64,000 nucleotides of DNA, taken from NCBI GenBank assembly GCA_965215015.1, contig OZ244042.1, forward strand, positions 1,440,001-1,504,000. The letters are read 5' to 3'. The stretch is from Candidatus Poribacteria bacterium. Its GTDB lineage: Bacteria > Poribacteria > WGA-4E > PCPOR2b. This document shows, piece after piece, positions 10,214 through 20,470 of this stretch (position 1 is its first letter; each line of letters begins with the position of its first letter). The translations under genes were made by a program, and so were the position numbers. Under the pieces are notes generated by a model, which saw only the letters and a list, made by a program, of their open reading frames with translations, had not been told where the DNA came from and did not search any database.

Positions 10214-10360
10214 AAAGCAACAAAAATTGAGGCTTTCGAGCCGTGAAAGGTTCAGGGCTTAGAGCCATGGTTAGTGGGGCACCCGCCACTACCAGCCGCA
10301 TGACACCAAGCACCGTCTGCATCCTTACCAAACTCACGTTAATATACGAGGGCTTTGAAA

Positions 10361-12265
10361 ATGCAATCCATCGCACGAGCATGGATGATTGGGTGTGTGC
10401 TCATCGTTATGAATTGTTATTGGCTCATACAAATGGAGAGCCTCCGGAGTGCTTTTGGCGCAACGTTTTTTTCTTTGTTCTTTAATGCGGTCTTTACAAT
10501 CTGGATGCTCTTTTTATTGAATCGGCTGCTGCGCCGATTTACGCCGAAACTCGCCTTTGACAACAAGGAGCTATTGACCATTTATATCATGGTCAACATG
10601 GTGTCGTCACTCTGCTCCTATACCGCCCAGCTGACAGTCATACCCCATGCCATCACCTATCCCTTCTGGGGAGCGACGCCAGAAAATGACTGGCGACAAC
10701 TGTTCCACAAAGACCTGCCTCAATGGCTTGTTATTAAAGAGCCGGCTGTTCTGATAGGATATTACCGTGGCGAAGCCAACTTGTATACAGAACGCCATTT
10801 GGCAGCATGGCTACCTCCACTGCTTTGGTGGTCATTTTTTACCATTGTCCTCGTCTTTGTCATGTTGTGCATTAATATCATCGTCCGGAGGCAGTGGATT
10901 GAACACGAGAAACTCGCTTATCCGATTGCTGAGATGCCGCTGAATCTAGTCCAGTCAGGCGGGTATAGCCGATTGATGTGGATTGGATTTGTGATTACCG
11001 CAGGGATTAATATTATAAATGGACTCCATTTTTTGTATCCGAGCATCCCGGGATTAACATTTGTCAAATTTAGACATATCGGCTACATCTTTACAGAGGA
11101 ACCGTGGAACGCGCTCAGGGCAATGCGAGTCTCGTTTATTCCCTCGATGATTGGATTAAGTTTCTTCATGCCGCTTGATGTCCTGTTTTCGTGTTGGTTC
11201 TTCTATCTTTATTGGCAGGGGCTGCGGGTTGTGGGTGCTTTCGCAGGTTGGCACACATATCCGGGCTATGGTCGGCATGCCTATATTGTGCAAGAATCGG
11301 TTGGGGCATATTGTGCCGTGTTGGCGATTGCGATTTGGAGAGCCACACGACACGTGGTTCTATCCCGGAAACAATCCGTTATCGGAAATAGAGAGAGGGG
11401 GCCGACTGAGGCCCCAATGTCGTGTGTAACGGCATGGTGTGGAATGATCTGTGGGATGATCATTCTTATGTTATTTTGCTATAAGGCCGGCATGACAATA
11501 GGTGTGGCAATAGGCTTTGTTCTTTTTTACTACTACCTCTCGACATGTATTACTCGACTTCGCGCCGAATTTGGCTTTCCACTCCACGACGTTCACTTCG
11601 GGGGTCCGATTCAGATGATTACCTCCGCGTTCGGGACAGCGAATTTGTCGCAACGGACGCTTGTTGCCATGCCGTTCTTCTGGCATATCAGTCGTATCTA
11701 CCTGAGCCATATCATGCCGCATCAATTGGAGGGGTTTAAAATTGCATCAAGAAGCGGGCTGAGTCCCAAAAGAGCATTCTGGTCAATGCTGTTGGCGTGC
11801 GCTTTTGGAATCGTAGTAATTTTCTGGCTCCTACTCCACCTCAGTTATCGCTACGGTCTTGAGAATACGCCTTATCCACCCTGGGGGCAGGAGGTATGGT
11901 TTTACTTACAAGATTGGTTACGCAATCCGACAGAAGTGGATTATCATCACATGGTTCTGATGGGGTTAGGGGTTGTGGGCGCGTCCTTTTTGGCGTTCAT
12001 GAGGGCGCGATTTGTCTGGTGGCCCTTCCATCCGATGGGCTATGCGCTGGGAGGAAGTTTTGGGATGAGCTTTTTGTGGACCTGTTTGCTAGTGGCTTGG
12101 GTGTTGAAATGGCTGATTCTACGATATGGGGGGATTATGCGATATAGGCAAATTACGCCCTTGTTCCTCGGATTGATACTGGGAGAATTTACAGTGGCTG
12201 CCAGCTGGACAATTCTTGGTATCTGTTTCAATTGGCCCGAACTATTTAATTTTTGGCATCCCTAA
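10361..12265 (+). CDS. Polytopic membrane protein, DUF6785/DUF6784-like (putative transporter)
   Basis: Many hydrophobic segments; RRQWIEHEKLAYP, RLRAEFG, WWPFHPMGY, RYGG..PLFLGLILGE motifs. Confidence 0.75.
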   Translation: MQSIARAWMIGCVLIVMNCYWLIQMESLRSAFGATFFSLFFNAVFTIWMLFLLNRLLRRFTPKLAFDNKELLTIYIMVNMVSSLCSYTAQLTVIPHAITYPFWGATPENDWRQLFHKDLPQWLVIKEPAVLIGYYRGEANLYTERHLAAWLPPLLWWSFFTIVLVFVMLCINIIVRRQWIEHEKLAYPIAEMPLNLVQSGGYSRLMWIGFVITAGINIINGLHFLYPSIPGLTFVKFRHIGYIFTEEPWNALRAMRVSFIPSMIGLSFFMPLDVLFSCWFFYLYWQGLRVVGAFAGWHTYPGYGRHAYIVQESVGAYCAVLAIAIWRATRHVVLSRKQSVIGNRERGPTEAPMSCVTAWCGMICGMIILMLFCYKAGMTIGVAIGFVLFYYYLSTCITRLRAEFGFPLHDVHFGGPIQMITSAFGTANLSQRTLVAMPFFWHISRIYLSHIMPHQLEGFKIASRSGLSPKRAFWSMLLACAFGIVVIFWLLLHLSYRYGLENTPYPPWGQEVWFYLQDWLRNPTEVDYHHMVLMGLGVVGASFLAFMRARFVWWPFHPMGYALGGSFGMSFLWTCLLVAWVLKWLILRYGGIMRYRQITPLFLGLILGEFTVAASWTILGICFNWPELFNFWHP

Positions 12266-12351
12266 GGGGCGCAATCTACTGCCACTTAAAAAGTAGGCCG
12301 ACAACATTCAATTTCTTCGTGTAGCTAGAGTTATACAGTGTGCAGTCCGAT

Positions 12352-13014
12352 TTACGTGACGCTGTTGCGAACATAGTTGGGCGTCAGTGAGAAGTAATCG
12401 CCCGATTGTCCATTGAGCAATCGGGCGTAGCCAATTCGCGCAATGCTCGCGCCACGCGGCACGTTAAAAATCGGATCGGCGAGGGGTACATCATTACCGA
12501 ATTGCTTCAGAATAACGGGGGCATATCGCTGCAAACCATTGCCAACAAAGATCGCTGCGTCGTTAATCTGGCTCAAAAGTGACTCAATCGGTACACAGAG
12601 ATCGTCGGACTTTCGCAGAAGATTTTGTCCCCCACGAAAGACTGCACCGTACACTTCATCTTTTCGCGCATCGAGGATTGGGCAGATTAATTTGTCCGTG
12701 TAGCGAAGGTTATACGCGACTGCCTCTAGCGTTGAGACACCGATGATCGGTTTCTTGAGGGCATAGCAGAGCGATTTAATCGTGCCCACCCCAATCCGGA
12801 TGCCTGTAAATGACCCCGGACCTATCCCAACAGCACACGCGTCGAGGTTGTGTACAGTCAAATCCGCCCACTTTAAGATCCGATCTATAGCGGGCATGAG
12901 TCTAGACGAATGAGCTTTCACGATACTAAGGGTATGTTCAGCAATGAAACGCTCTCCATCAATCAAACCGACGCTGCCGCTGGGAGTTGATGTATCAATG
13001 CCAAGAATTTTCAT
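12352..13014 (-). CDS. tsaB: tRNA threonylcarbamoyladenosine biosynthesis protein TsaB
   Basis: MKILGIDTST, HSSRLMPAI, GPGSFTGIRIG, DARKDEVY, PNYVR. Confidence 0.95.
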   Translation of the reverse strand: MKILGIDTSTPSGSVGLIDGERFIAEHTLSIVKAHSSRLMPAIDRILKWADLTVHNLDACAVGIGPGSFTGIRIGVGTIKSLCYALKKPIIGVSTLEAVAYNLRYTDKLICPILDARKDEVYGAVFRGGQNLLRKSDDLCVPIESLLSQINDAAIFVGNGLQRYAPVILKQFGNDVPLADPIFNVPRGASIARIGYARLLNGQSGDYFSLTPNYVRNSVT

Positions 13015-13173
13015 GCCCGGCGAGCGATTAAAATCCATCGTCAAACTCTATCAAAAACTCGGAACTGTATATGCCTCTAGGGCCTTTCTGAGGACTGGCT
13101 TGCCTTTTCGGTTTATTCATTTGTCGGTACAAGGATTTGGATAAAAAATGGCGTATCACTCGTCAATTCTGTT

Positions 13174-13785
13174 TTAGAATCTTAAATCGCTCTCAAGTTG
13201 CTTCCAAAGCTGTACAGTCAAACTCGCTAACGGAAGACCTACCACGTTGAAGTAGCATCCCTCTATTCGCTCGACGAAAGCCCCAGCTTTCCCTTGTATC
13301 CCGTAAGCTCCCGCCTTATCCGATGATTCGCCGCTGCCGACATACGCCAGGATCTCCGATTGACACAATTCCCTAAAATAGACAGCTGTTTTTTCAGTCC
13401 ATACCACTTCGTTTTTCCGTTTGACATTGATTAACGCAACACCGGTGATCACTTCATGCCGGTTTCCGCTAAGTCGTGTTAAGACTTCGATGGCGTGTGC
13501 ATCATTTTCCGGTTTACCGATTGGCTGGCCATCAATGACAACAACGGTATCTGCCCCGATAACAAGCCCGACACCGAGCTTCGCAGCGACCGTTCTCGCC
13601 TTTGTAAGGGCAAGCTCTTGGACAGCATTCACTGGGGATATGCGTGAGATCTGTGGCTCTTCCACTCCGCTGGGGTATATCTCAAATTCGATACCAATCT
13701 GCTTGAGTAAATTTGCACGGCGTGGCGATTTTGAGGCGAGGACAATATTGGGAAAGGCGTTGTACAATTGGGGGCTTTCAATCAT
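13174..13785 (-). CDS. maf: Maf family nucleoside triphosphate pyrophosphatase
   Basis: LASKSPRR, IGADTVV, GKP, DKAGAYGIQG, NVVGLP. Confidence 0.95.
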   Translation of the reverse strand: MIESPQLYNAFPNIVLASKSPRRANLLKQIGIEFEIYPSGVEEPQISRISPVNAVQELALTKARTVAAKLGVGLVIGADTVVVIDGQPIGKPENDAHAIEVLTRLSGNRHEVITGVALINVKRKNEVVWTEKTAVYFRELCQSEILAYVGSGESSDKAGAYGIQGKAGAFVERIEGCYFNVVGLPLASLTVQLWKQLESDLRF

Positions 13786-14063
13786 TTAAGTTGAAACCAC
13801 CGGGTGTTGCGCTCAGTGCGTATCCGTAGCAATCCGGCCTCCATCAGTTCCGCGAATCCTTTCTCAATTTCCCACTTGGATAAACTAATCTGTTGTAGCC
13901 GTTTATCTAGCCGAGGTGCCCGGAACCAACCATCCTCCATTGGGGAGAGGTAGGTATCTCTAAAAACCTCTAGCGCACCATATAGACGAAGGGCTGTTGA
14001 TGAAAGCCCTACTAAAGGGTTAACTGCGCCATAGCAAGATGATAATGCTTGTGTCAGAGACAT
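13782..14063 (-). CDS. Small hypothetical protein, winged-HTH-like
   Basis: ATGA overlap with maf; C-terminal helix then ELMEAGLLRIRTE..WFQL wing pattern. Confidence 0.6.
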   Translation of the reverse strand: MSLTQALSSCYGAVNPLVGLSSTALRLYGALEVFRDTYLSPMEDGWFRAPRLDKRLQQISLSKWEIEKGFAELMEAGLLRIRTERNTRWFQLK

Positions 14064-14393
14064 CGTTCTTTCCTAGCTTAAAACCGATGTTCGGTCAACT
14101 TTTGTAAGCCGCTAACGCCGGTTGACACTACGCGAATATACAAAAAACTCTCAACAGTATAATACGTTCAGCTAGAGAAAACCGTTTCAAAAATAGGTAT
14201 GTGGGACTTTACCCATTCCAAGATCTACCTTCAACTGCCGTAATCTCCTCCTGTGTTTAATCAATGGTTAAAAAAGAATCAACTGCAAAATCACCGGGCG
14301 ATAAATGTACAAATGGGGTTACAGACTTCTCCAACCTTCCAAGTATTGCAAATATCTATCGTTGAGGCAAAGCGGCCTCTATTTTGACAACAT

Positions 14394-15263
14394 CTAGCTA
14401 TTTTCGACGTGAACTGTGCCATCTCTGTCTACCGTCAGCGTGGTGGTATGGAGCGATGAGCTCGGGCCATGCATAACGGCCCGTTGTGCTTCTGTCATAC
14501 CTTCTACCAGTTCCTCTCCCCAATAGATTTCTGGGGGTGCGATTTCTCTTCCTGCCCGCACGGAGGTCCGGTCAGCATATTTGAAGAGCACCGATCGGCG
14601 GCGATGTTCAGCGCGCCAAGGGAGGGTGCCGTGTGCTTGGGCGCCATCCATGAAAAAAATTACGTCTCCTGCTTTCATTTCAGGTTGGAGGACCACGCCC
14701 ATATCAGCGTCACAGGTTCGCACACCGTGAGGCATGGGAAACCTAGACTTGTGGCTGCCGGGGACGCAGGAGAACCCACCATCTCCTGCATTGATGTCGG
14801 ATAGTTGCCAAGTAACAGTCACCCCGCCGCAGTGCATTTTGTTGTTCTGATGATGATAAGCGACATAGGGTCTGTGTGGTTCACCTTGTCCGTGCATGAC
14901 CAGACCTTCGGTGCCTTTCACACTGTCGGTCACCCAAGGACCGTGATCAAACCGGAAGCCCACCCCACACATCACATTGAGGTGCATGATGACCTGTGGA
15001 TGCACAAGCATCTTGCGGAAAGGCTCACAATACGGTTCTTCCAGTTCAAGTAGACCATGGAGGACGCGTGTTTCAGTGCCTCGCAAAGACTGAGAGTCTT
15101 GAGCACCCTCGTTGGGTTTACCAACATAAATTTGGTCTGCATAGTGGTCAATAGCCTCATTGGCTGCCGCAATTTCATCGGCGGTCAGCACATTTCTGAG
15201 AATAAGGTATCCAGTGAGGTCCCAAAAGTAACGTTCACGTTTGTCCATTTTGCATATCTCCAT
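14394..15263 (-). CDS. PhyH-like dioxygenase (HGQG variant)
   Basis: DLTGYLIL, GDGGFSCVPGSHK, AGDVIFF..AHGTLPW..RRS. Confidence 0.85.
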   Translation of the reverse strand: MEICKMDKRERYFWDLTGYLILRNVLTADEIAAANEAIDHYADQIYVGKPNEGAQDSQSLRGTETRVLHGLLELEEPYCEPFRKMLVHPQVIMHLNVMCGVGFRFDHGPWVTDSVKGTEGLVMHGQGEPHRPYVAYHHQNNKMHCGGVTVTWQLSDINAGDGGFSCVPGSHKSRFPMPHGVRTCDADMGVVLQPEMKAGDVIFFMDGAQAHGTLPWRAEHRRRSVLFKYADRTSVRAGREIAPPEIYWGEELVEGMTEAQRAVMHGPSSSLHTTTLTVDRDGTVHVENS

Positions 15264-15278
15264 TTCGTTGATCAGAGT

Positions 15279-16157
15279 TTACTCCGCAATCCAAGTTTTC
15301 TTTCCGTCAGATTTAAGGGTGGGGAGTTTGCCTCCTGTGTGAACGCCTGGACCGTAAAGTACGGCATGTTGTTCAGGCGAAAGGGTTTTCGTCCACTCAC
15401 CGAAGCGTGTTTCAGGTGTAAAGAATCGGCCCACCGAGCGGGCAACACCGCGGGACGCGTATTTGTAAAGGAGGGAACGCCGTTCACCCTTTCCCTTCCA
15501 AGGAAGCGTGCCGTGAGTAGCTGTTTCTGCAAAGAAGAGGACATCCCCCGCCTTCATCGCCGGTTGGACAGTCAATCCCATGTCGTGTTCTACAGTCCGG
15601 ACGCCTTCGGGCGTCGGTTCACAAGCCTTGTGGCTGCCGGGAACAATTGCGAATCCTCCATCACCTTCATTGACATCGGTGAGTTGCCATGCTACAGTGA
15701 CGCCTCGACAGTAGATAGCCCCGTTCTGCTGATGATACCAAACAGCCGGGCTGAAGGGTTCTCCTGATCCGTGCAACTGGTGCCCTTCCGTTCCAGCTGT
15801 TGCCCCAATCATCAACGGACCATGGTCAAGACGGAATCCCTTCCCACACATCCCGTTTAGGCGAGAGACAACCACCGGATGGACTAGGAGCTCACGAAAC
15901 GGTTCGCGGTAAGGCTTCTCCCAACCCAGCATCCCCGTCAGTTCCAACCGTCCTGTTTGCCCCTGAAGCGTTGATGACCCACGAGCCAGCCCGCCGTCGT
16001 CAACCGAACGTGCGCGGATTTTATTGGCATAATGATCGATAGCTGCATTACATTTGTGAACATCTTCTGACGTCAACGCACCACGAACGACAAGATAGCC
16101 CGTGAGGTCGAAAAAATACTTTTCTTCGTCGGACATGACATATTTACTGCTTTCCAT
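15279..16157 (-). CDS. PhyH-like dioxygenase (HGSG variant), paralog of the adjacent gene
   Basis: DLTGYLVV, GDGGFAIVPGSHK, THGTLPW..RRS. Confidence 0.85.
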   Translation of the reverse strand: MESSKYVMSDEEKYFFDLTGYLVVRGALTSEDVHKCNAAIDHYANKIRARSVDDGGLARGSSTLQGQTGRLELTGMLGWEKPYREPFRELLVHPVVVSRLNGMCGKGFRLDHGPLMIGATAGTEGHQLHGSGEPFSPAVWYHQQNGAIYCRGVTVAWQLTDVNEGDGGFAIVPGSHKACEPTPEGVRTVEHDMGLTVQPAMKAGDVLFFAETATHGTLPWKGKGERRSLLYKYASRGVARSVGRFFTPETRFGEWTKTLSPEQHAVLYGPGVHTGGKLPTLKSDGKKTWIAE

Positions 16158-16270
16158 GGAATCTTCTCCTAAGTCTCTAAATATTAAGTGAAATCTCGAT
16201 TGGGAACTTCAAGCCAGGGTTAGATAAACTCCGAAACGCTGTATTGGTCAGTAAACGGAAGCTGAAGCAC

Positions 16271-16897
16271 CTACAAGCTTTCAATACGCTCAATGAGAAG
16301 CGTCGCGAGGATTTCAATCTCCTCCTCACCCGAAACAACCACATCTGCAAACGCCTTACTCGGCTCAACCCAAGCGAAGTGCATAGGACGAGTCGTCGCG
16401 TAATATTGCTGGATGCATGAATCCACCGTGCGCCCTCGTTCTTGGATGTCGCGTACCAATCGACGGATGAAACGGATATCGGCAGGCACGTCAACGAATA
16501 CCTTCAGGTTAAGCAGCGACCGGACAGATTCAAGTGCGAGCAGTAGAATTCCCTCAACCAACACGACCGGCTTGGCCTGAAGCGTGAGGGTTTCAGGGCG
16601 GCGCGTATGCGCCGTGAAGTCGTAGCAAGGCACCCCAACGGCTTTCCCATGTCTGAGTTGGCGCATCTGTTGGGTCAATAATTGGACATCTAACGCGTCA
16701 GGGTGGTCGAAATTCACTCCTGCTCGCTCGTCAGGGAGAAGGTGACTGAGATCTTTGTAATAGGCGTCAAGACTCAATACGGCGGACCTGTGGCTGCCAA
16801 GTCGTCCGTGAATTGCTGCGGCGAGGGTTGTTTTACCAGATCCACTTCCCCCTGAAAATCCAATGAGAGTGGGTATCAATCCGATTGAGGTATCCAT
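16271..16897 (-). CDS. udk: Uridine kinase
   Basis: GGSGSGKTT, DAYYKD, NFDHPDA, YDFTAHTR, IRRLVRDIQERGR, RPMH..VEPSK. Confidence 0.95.
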   Translation of the reverse strand: MDTSIGLIPTLIGFSGGSGSGKTTLAAAIHGRLGSHRSAVLSLDAYYKDLSHLLPDERAGVNFDHPDALDVQLLTQQMRQLRHGKAVGVPCYDFTAHTRRPETLTLQAKPVVLVEGILLLALESVRSLLNLKVFVDVPADIRFIRRLVRDIQERGRTVDSCIQQYYATTRPMHFAWVEPSKAFADVVVSGEEEIEILATLLIERIESL

Positions 16898-16976
16898 AAA
16901 GTCATGCTACCACCTAAACAAGGTAGCATACCTGTTGCAGGCAATGTCGAAAAACATCACGACCATCGAAACCAAG

Positions 16977-17489
16977 TTATACGCCTGTATCTCTATCTAA
17001 CTCAAAGTCCGCGAGTGCATCCCTTTCGTTCTCGTAGATAAAATTCTCAAGACTTGCCGCTCCTAGTTGTTTGAAAATGCGTGCTAGCATTGCAGACAAC
17101 CCGTAGACCTTCAGGTCACCACCGTTCCGTCTCAATTCATTGGATTTGCTGACCAATGTGCCTAATCCTGAACTATCAATTCGACGAGTCCTGCTGAGAT
17201 TGACAATGATTTTCATCGTGTTTTGGCTGATAAGTTGCTCAAGGACTTGACGTAACTGCGCTGATGAAAGTGCGATCAGGTCAGTATCGATATCAATGAT
17301 TTGAATCGTTGCCTTTTGACGTTGAATCTGACGCCACGTATCAACCGCGATTTGTACCTCCGCACTTGACAAGGGATCTGCTAACCCCATCACTTTATAA
17401 GATGCGATGTCGTCGGGAGGGGCATCTGATAAATCCATGTCGTGTCCTTCTGGAAGGTACTCACGAATTGTTATTGATCTTGTTGCCAT
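16977..17489 (-). CDS. STAS-domain anti-sigma factor antagonist with N-terminal extension
   Basis: IIVNLS..IDSSGLGTLV..GGDLKV; conserved phosphorylatable Ser. Confidence 0.85.
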   Translation of the reverse strand: MATRSITIREYLPEGHDMDLSDAPPDDIASYKVMGLADPLSSAEVQIAVDTWRQIQRQKATIQIIDIDTDLIALSSAQLRQVLEQLISQNTMKIIVNLSRTRRIDSSGLGTLVSKSNELRRNGGDLKVYGLSAMLARIFKQLGAASLENFIYENERDALADFELDRDTGV

Positions 17490-17715
17490 GAGGAATTCCT
17501 TTCTCGTATTTTAAAAAAACTTACCTCGCTTCAATCCGCCAATGGGTGAAGATCGAATGCTTTTATTTTATCTTAGTTCCTGGCAACAGGTCAAATAAAA
17601 TCTCGCAGGGCAATCGCATGTAAAGGTTGTCTAGGACTTGCCCACTGCGATTGCGAAAATTATGTCCTATTTCCTACTGTGCATGACTCTGACTTTGGCA
17701 TACGACAAAGGAAAT

Positions 17716-17756
17716 CCCATCGTGGGCACAGGTTAGAAACCTGTGCCCACGATGGG
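17716..17756. repeat. Perfect 19-bp inverted repeat (REP-like)
   Basis: CCCATCGTGGGCACAGGTT-AGA-AACCTGTGCCCACGATGGG between divergent genes. Confidence 0.85.
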
Positions 17757-17823
17757 GGTTCACCGAAGGTTCTGATTGTTCAATTGTCTACTATAACGGA
17801 TACAATTTCCCTATAAAATCCCG

Positions 17824-17852
17824 TTGTCCTCCCGGTTAAACTGTGTTACAAT
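17824..17852 (+). promoter_or_regulatory. Putative sigma70 promoter of the sulfatase
   Basis: TTGTCC-17 nt-TACAAT with extended TG. Confidence 0.4.
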
Positions 17853-17917
17853 GTTCGCATCACAGCAGTGGAGGACCCTGTGTTTATCCCTTGTTTTAAT
17901 TCTAAAGGAGTGCTTTC

Positions 17918-19321
17918 ATGAACGCCCCAAATCTGCCTAATATTCTGTTCATCATGTCCGACGAACATGCCCCGATGTACAGTGGACCGTATGGACACCA
18001 TCTAGTTAAGACCCCTTATATGGATCGCCTTGCTACCGACGGCGTCACGTTTACCAATGCCTACTGTAACTCTCCCCTCTGTATGCCTTCGCGGATGTCT
18101 TTCATGACAGGTCGCTACATTCACCACATCGGTGCTTGGGATAACGCTACCCCCCTCCCCGCCGACACCGTTACTTGGGCACACTTATTGCGCGGAGTCG
18201 GGTACGATGCGGTTCTCTCGGGGAAACAGCACTTTGAAGGGCTAGACCAACTTCACGGATTCCGCGCCCAACTTGCGCGGGACCTCCACGCTGAAAACGA
18301 TCACGGTATTATTGATTGGGAAAATGGCACACCGGCTGCAAATCGTCCCTGGCCCGGGCTTGAGGAGGCAGGTCCCGGCACCACCACGGAAATCGAAGTA
18401 GACGATCTGGCAGAGGAGCAGGCGTTGGCTTACCTCCGCGATCCGGCGCGCCAGGAGCGGCCTTGGGCACTCAACGTCTCTTTCATCGCACCTCACTTTC
18501 CGCTCGTTGTGCCACAACGATTCTGGGATTTGTATCCTCTGGATGAAATTGACCTACCGGAGATTCCGCAGGGACATTTGGAGGACCAGCATCCAGTTTT
18601 CAAGCGGATGCGGCGTATGTTCGGCTGTGTCGATTTCTCGGAAGAACTGGTACGGAGAGGACGTGCAGGCTACTACGGCCTGATTACTTATCTCGATGAA
18701 AAAATTGGCCGTCTCCTTGAAACCCTCGAAGAGACCGGACAGTTGGATAACACTGTAATTGTGTATACCAGCGATCACGGCGAAATGAATGGGGAACACG
18801 GCATGTGGAGAAAGTCTAACTTCTACGAAGCCTCCGTTCGCGTGCCACTTCAAATTGTCTGGCCTGGACATCTGCCCGCCGGACGTCGGGTTGATGAGGT
18901 GGTTTCGCTTGTAGACCTCATCGCTACCGTCGTTGATCTCGCAGATGCAACGCCAGTTACCCCGTTAGACGGCGACAGCTTGCTGCCTCTGATGCAAGGA
19001 GAGGGGGAAGGTTGGAAGGACGAAGCCTTTTCCGAATATTTGGCGCACGGAGTCGCCCGTCCAGTCGCAATGCTGCGGCGGGGTAGATACAAACTCATCT
19101 ACAGCTTGGGCGACTCGCCGCAACTTTACGATGCTCAGACCGATCCAAATGAATTCCATGATCTTGCGGGAGATACCGCATATCAGTCAATTCTTGAAGA
19201 CCTTCAAACGCAGCTGTTATCTCATTGGGACCCGGTTGATTTGGAACAACGCGTGCGACGGAGCCAAAAAGAACGGATGCTCATTAACGCTGCTACCGAT
19301 GGGGCGTGGCGCAGATTTTAG
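17918..19321 (+). CDS. Formylglycine-dependent sulfatase (choline-sulfatase-like)
   Basis: NILFIMSDEH, CMPSR (CxPxR), GKQH, APHFP, TSDHGEM, KSNFYEASVRVP. Confidence 0.92.
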   Translation: MNAPNLPNILFIMSDEHAPMYSGPYGHHLVKTPYMDRLATDGVTFTNAYCNSPLCMPSRMSFMTGRYIHHIGAWDNATPLPADTVTWAHLLRGVGYDAVLSGKQHFEGLDQLHGFRAQLARDLHAENDHGIIDWENGTPAANRPWPGLEEAGPGTTTEIEVDDLAEEQALAYLRDPARQERPWALNVSFIAPHFPLVVPQRFWDLYPLDEIDLPEIPQGHLEDQHPVFKRMRRMFGCVDFSEELVRRGRAGYYGLITYLDEKIGRLLETLEETGQLDNTVIVYTSDHGEMNGEHGMWRKSNFYEASVRVPLQIVWPGHLPAGRRVDEVVSLVDLIATVVDLADATPVTPLDGDSLLPLMQGEGEGWKDEAFSEYLAHGVARPVAMLRRGRYKLIYSLGDSPQLYDAQTDPNEFHDLAGDTAYQSILEDLQTQLLSHWDPVDLEQRVRRSQKERMLINAATDGAWRRF

Positions 19322-19406
19322 CAGGCCTTGAGGGAACCGCGGCATGGAAACCCTACATAGTCAGTGTAGACTTGAGAGCTTAACTTACCAGCTCAGTTTC
19401 AGTTTA

Positions 19407-20264
19407 CTAGAGGCCGGCAGGGTTCTCAAGCCCTAAAAGCCCCAGCGTATCACGATGCAAGATTTGGGAGGGGAGATCCGCCGGCAGCGGCGGCAGCCGC
19501 ATCTCTTGAGAAAGCTGAACAACATCGTGTAGCCCCTTGATGGATTCATCGAAAGTGGTTATAGGATAATCGGTGCCGAAAAGCAATTTGTCAATAACAC
19601 CGTATTCAACTGCCAATCTTAGCGAATTATAGTATTGCCAAGGACGATAGAACAGCGCAGAAATGTCCGCAAAAACGTTGGGCTGCTTTCGGATTAGGAC
19701 AATGGCTTCAGCTTCCCAAGGGTGCCCGATGTGGGCAATGACCATTTTCAGGTCGGGAAAGCGGAGCGCGATATCTTCGAGCAGGATCGGATTGGCGTAT
19801 TTCAGTGGTGCCTTGCGGGGGTAGGTTGTGCCTTGATGGAACATAATCGGCAGTCCAAGTTCCTCTGCCCGCGCAAAGATTTTCAAGGCGCGTGGATCTA
19901 GCGGATCCCAACCACCATAGATTGGGCTCATCTTCAGTCCACGAAGCCCTAGCTCTTGGACAGCACGATCTACTTCCACGAGGGCGTGGTCTTCAGTCGG
20001 GCAGATTGCCGCAAAGCCGATCAGCTTCTTCGGATCTGTGCGAATATATTCGGCAACGGTGTCGTTGACCGTAAAGAATCCTGTGAGCGGTGCGCGCAGT
20101 CCAAACACAATTGCACGGTCTACTTTCGCTACAGCTGAAGCGTGTATCTCCGGTGTGATGTCCAAGTCGACTTCTTGTCTACGCATGATAAAGGTCTCGC
20201 GGGCGAGCTCCTCAGTCAATTCCCCCGGATATCGCCAGAAATGGGTATGGCAGTCAATGATCAT
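19407..20264 (-). CDS. Amidohydrolase family protein (Amidohydro_2)
   Basis: IDCHTH, GLRGLK, MFHQG, AHIGHP, LFGTDYP. Confidence 0.9.
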   Translation of the reverse strand: MIIDCHTHFWRYPGELTEELARETFIMRRQEVDLDITPEIHASAVAKVDRAIVFGLRAPLTGFFTVNDTVAEYIRTDPKKLIGFAAICPTEDHALVEVDRAVQELGLRGLKMSPIYGGWDPLDPRALKIFARAEELGLPIMFHQGTTYPRKAPLKYANPILLEDIALRFPDLKMVIAHIGHPWEAEAIVLIRKQPNVFADISALFYRPWQYYNSLRLAVEYGVIDKLLFGTDYPITTFDESIKGLHDVVQLSQEMRLPPLPADLPSQILHRDTLGLLGLENPAGL

Positions 20265-20390
20265 GGGTATTCCAACCTTTTTGGTTCATTGGTTTACCTG
20301 TTCATTAATGAACGAATGTGCTCATGAACTAACACAGTTACATTGGTTCATCAACACAATAAATATTCGCTCATGCTAAGAAATTGATGC

Positions 20391-20430
20391 AACAGCCCCC
20401 GAATTTTTTCGGAAAAACTCGGGAGTTGTT
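20391..20430. repeat. Imperfect hairpin (possible terminator)
   Basis: AACAGCCCCCGAATTTTT-TCGG-AAAAACTCGGGAGTTGTT. Confidence 0.45.
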
Positions 20431-20470
20431 CGTGTTTTGCACTCTCTTTTTACATGAACCTAAATATTAA

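Noticed and set aside
10214-10350. Possible tRNA or riboswitch in a GC-rich intergenic stretch
   Set aside because: Only short hairpins; no cloverleaf or known consensus
15057-15767. 236-aa antisense ORF and similar shadow ORFs throughout the window
   Set aside because: Opposite well-supported genes and without recognisable motifs
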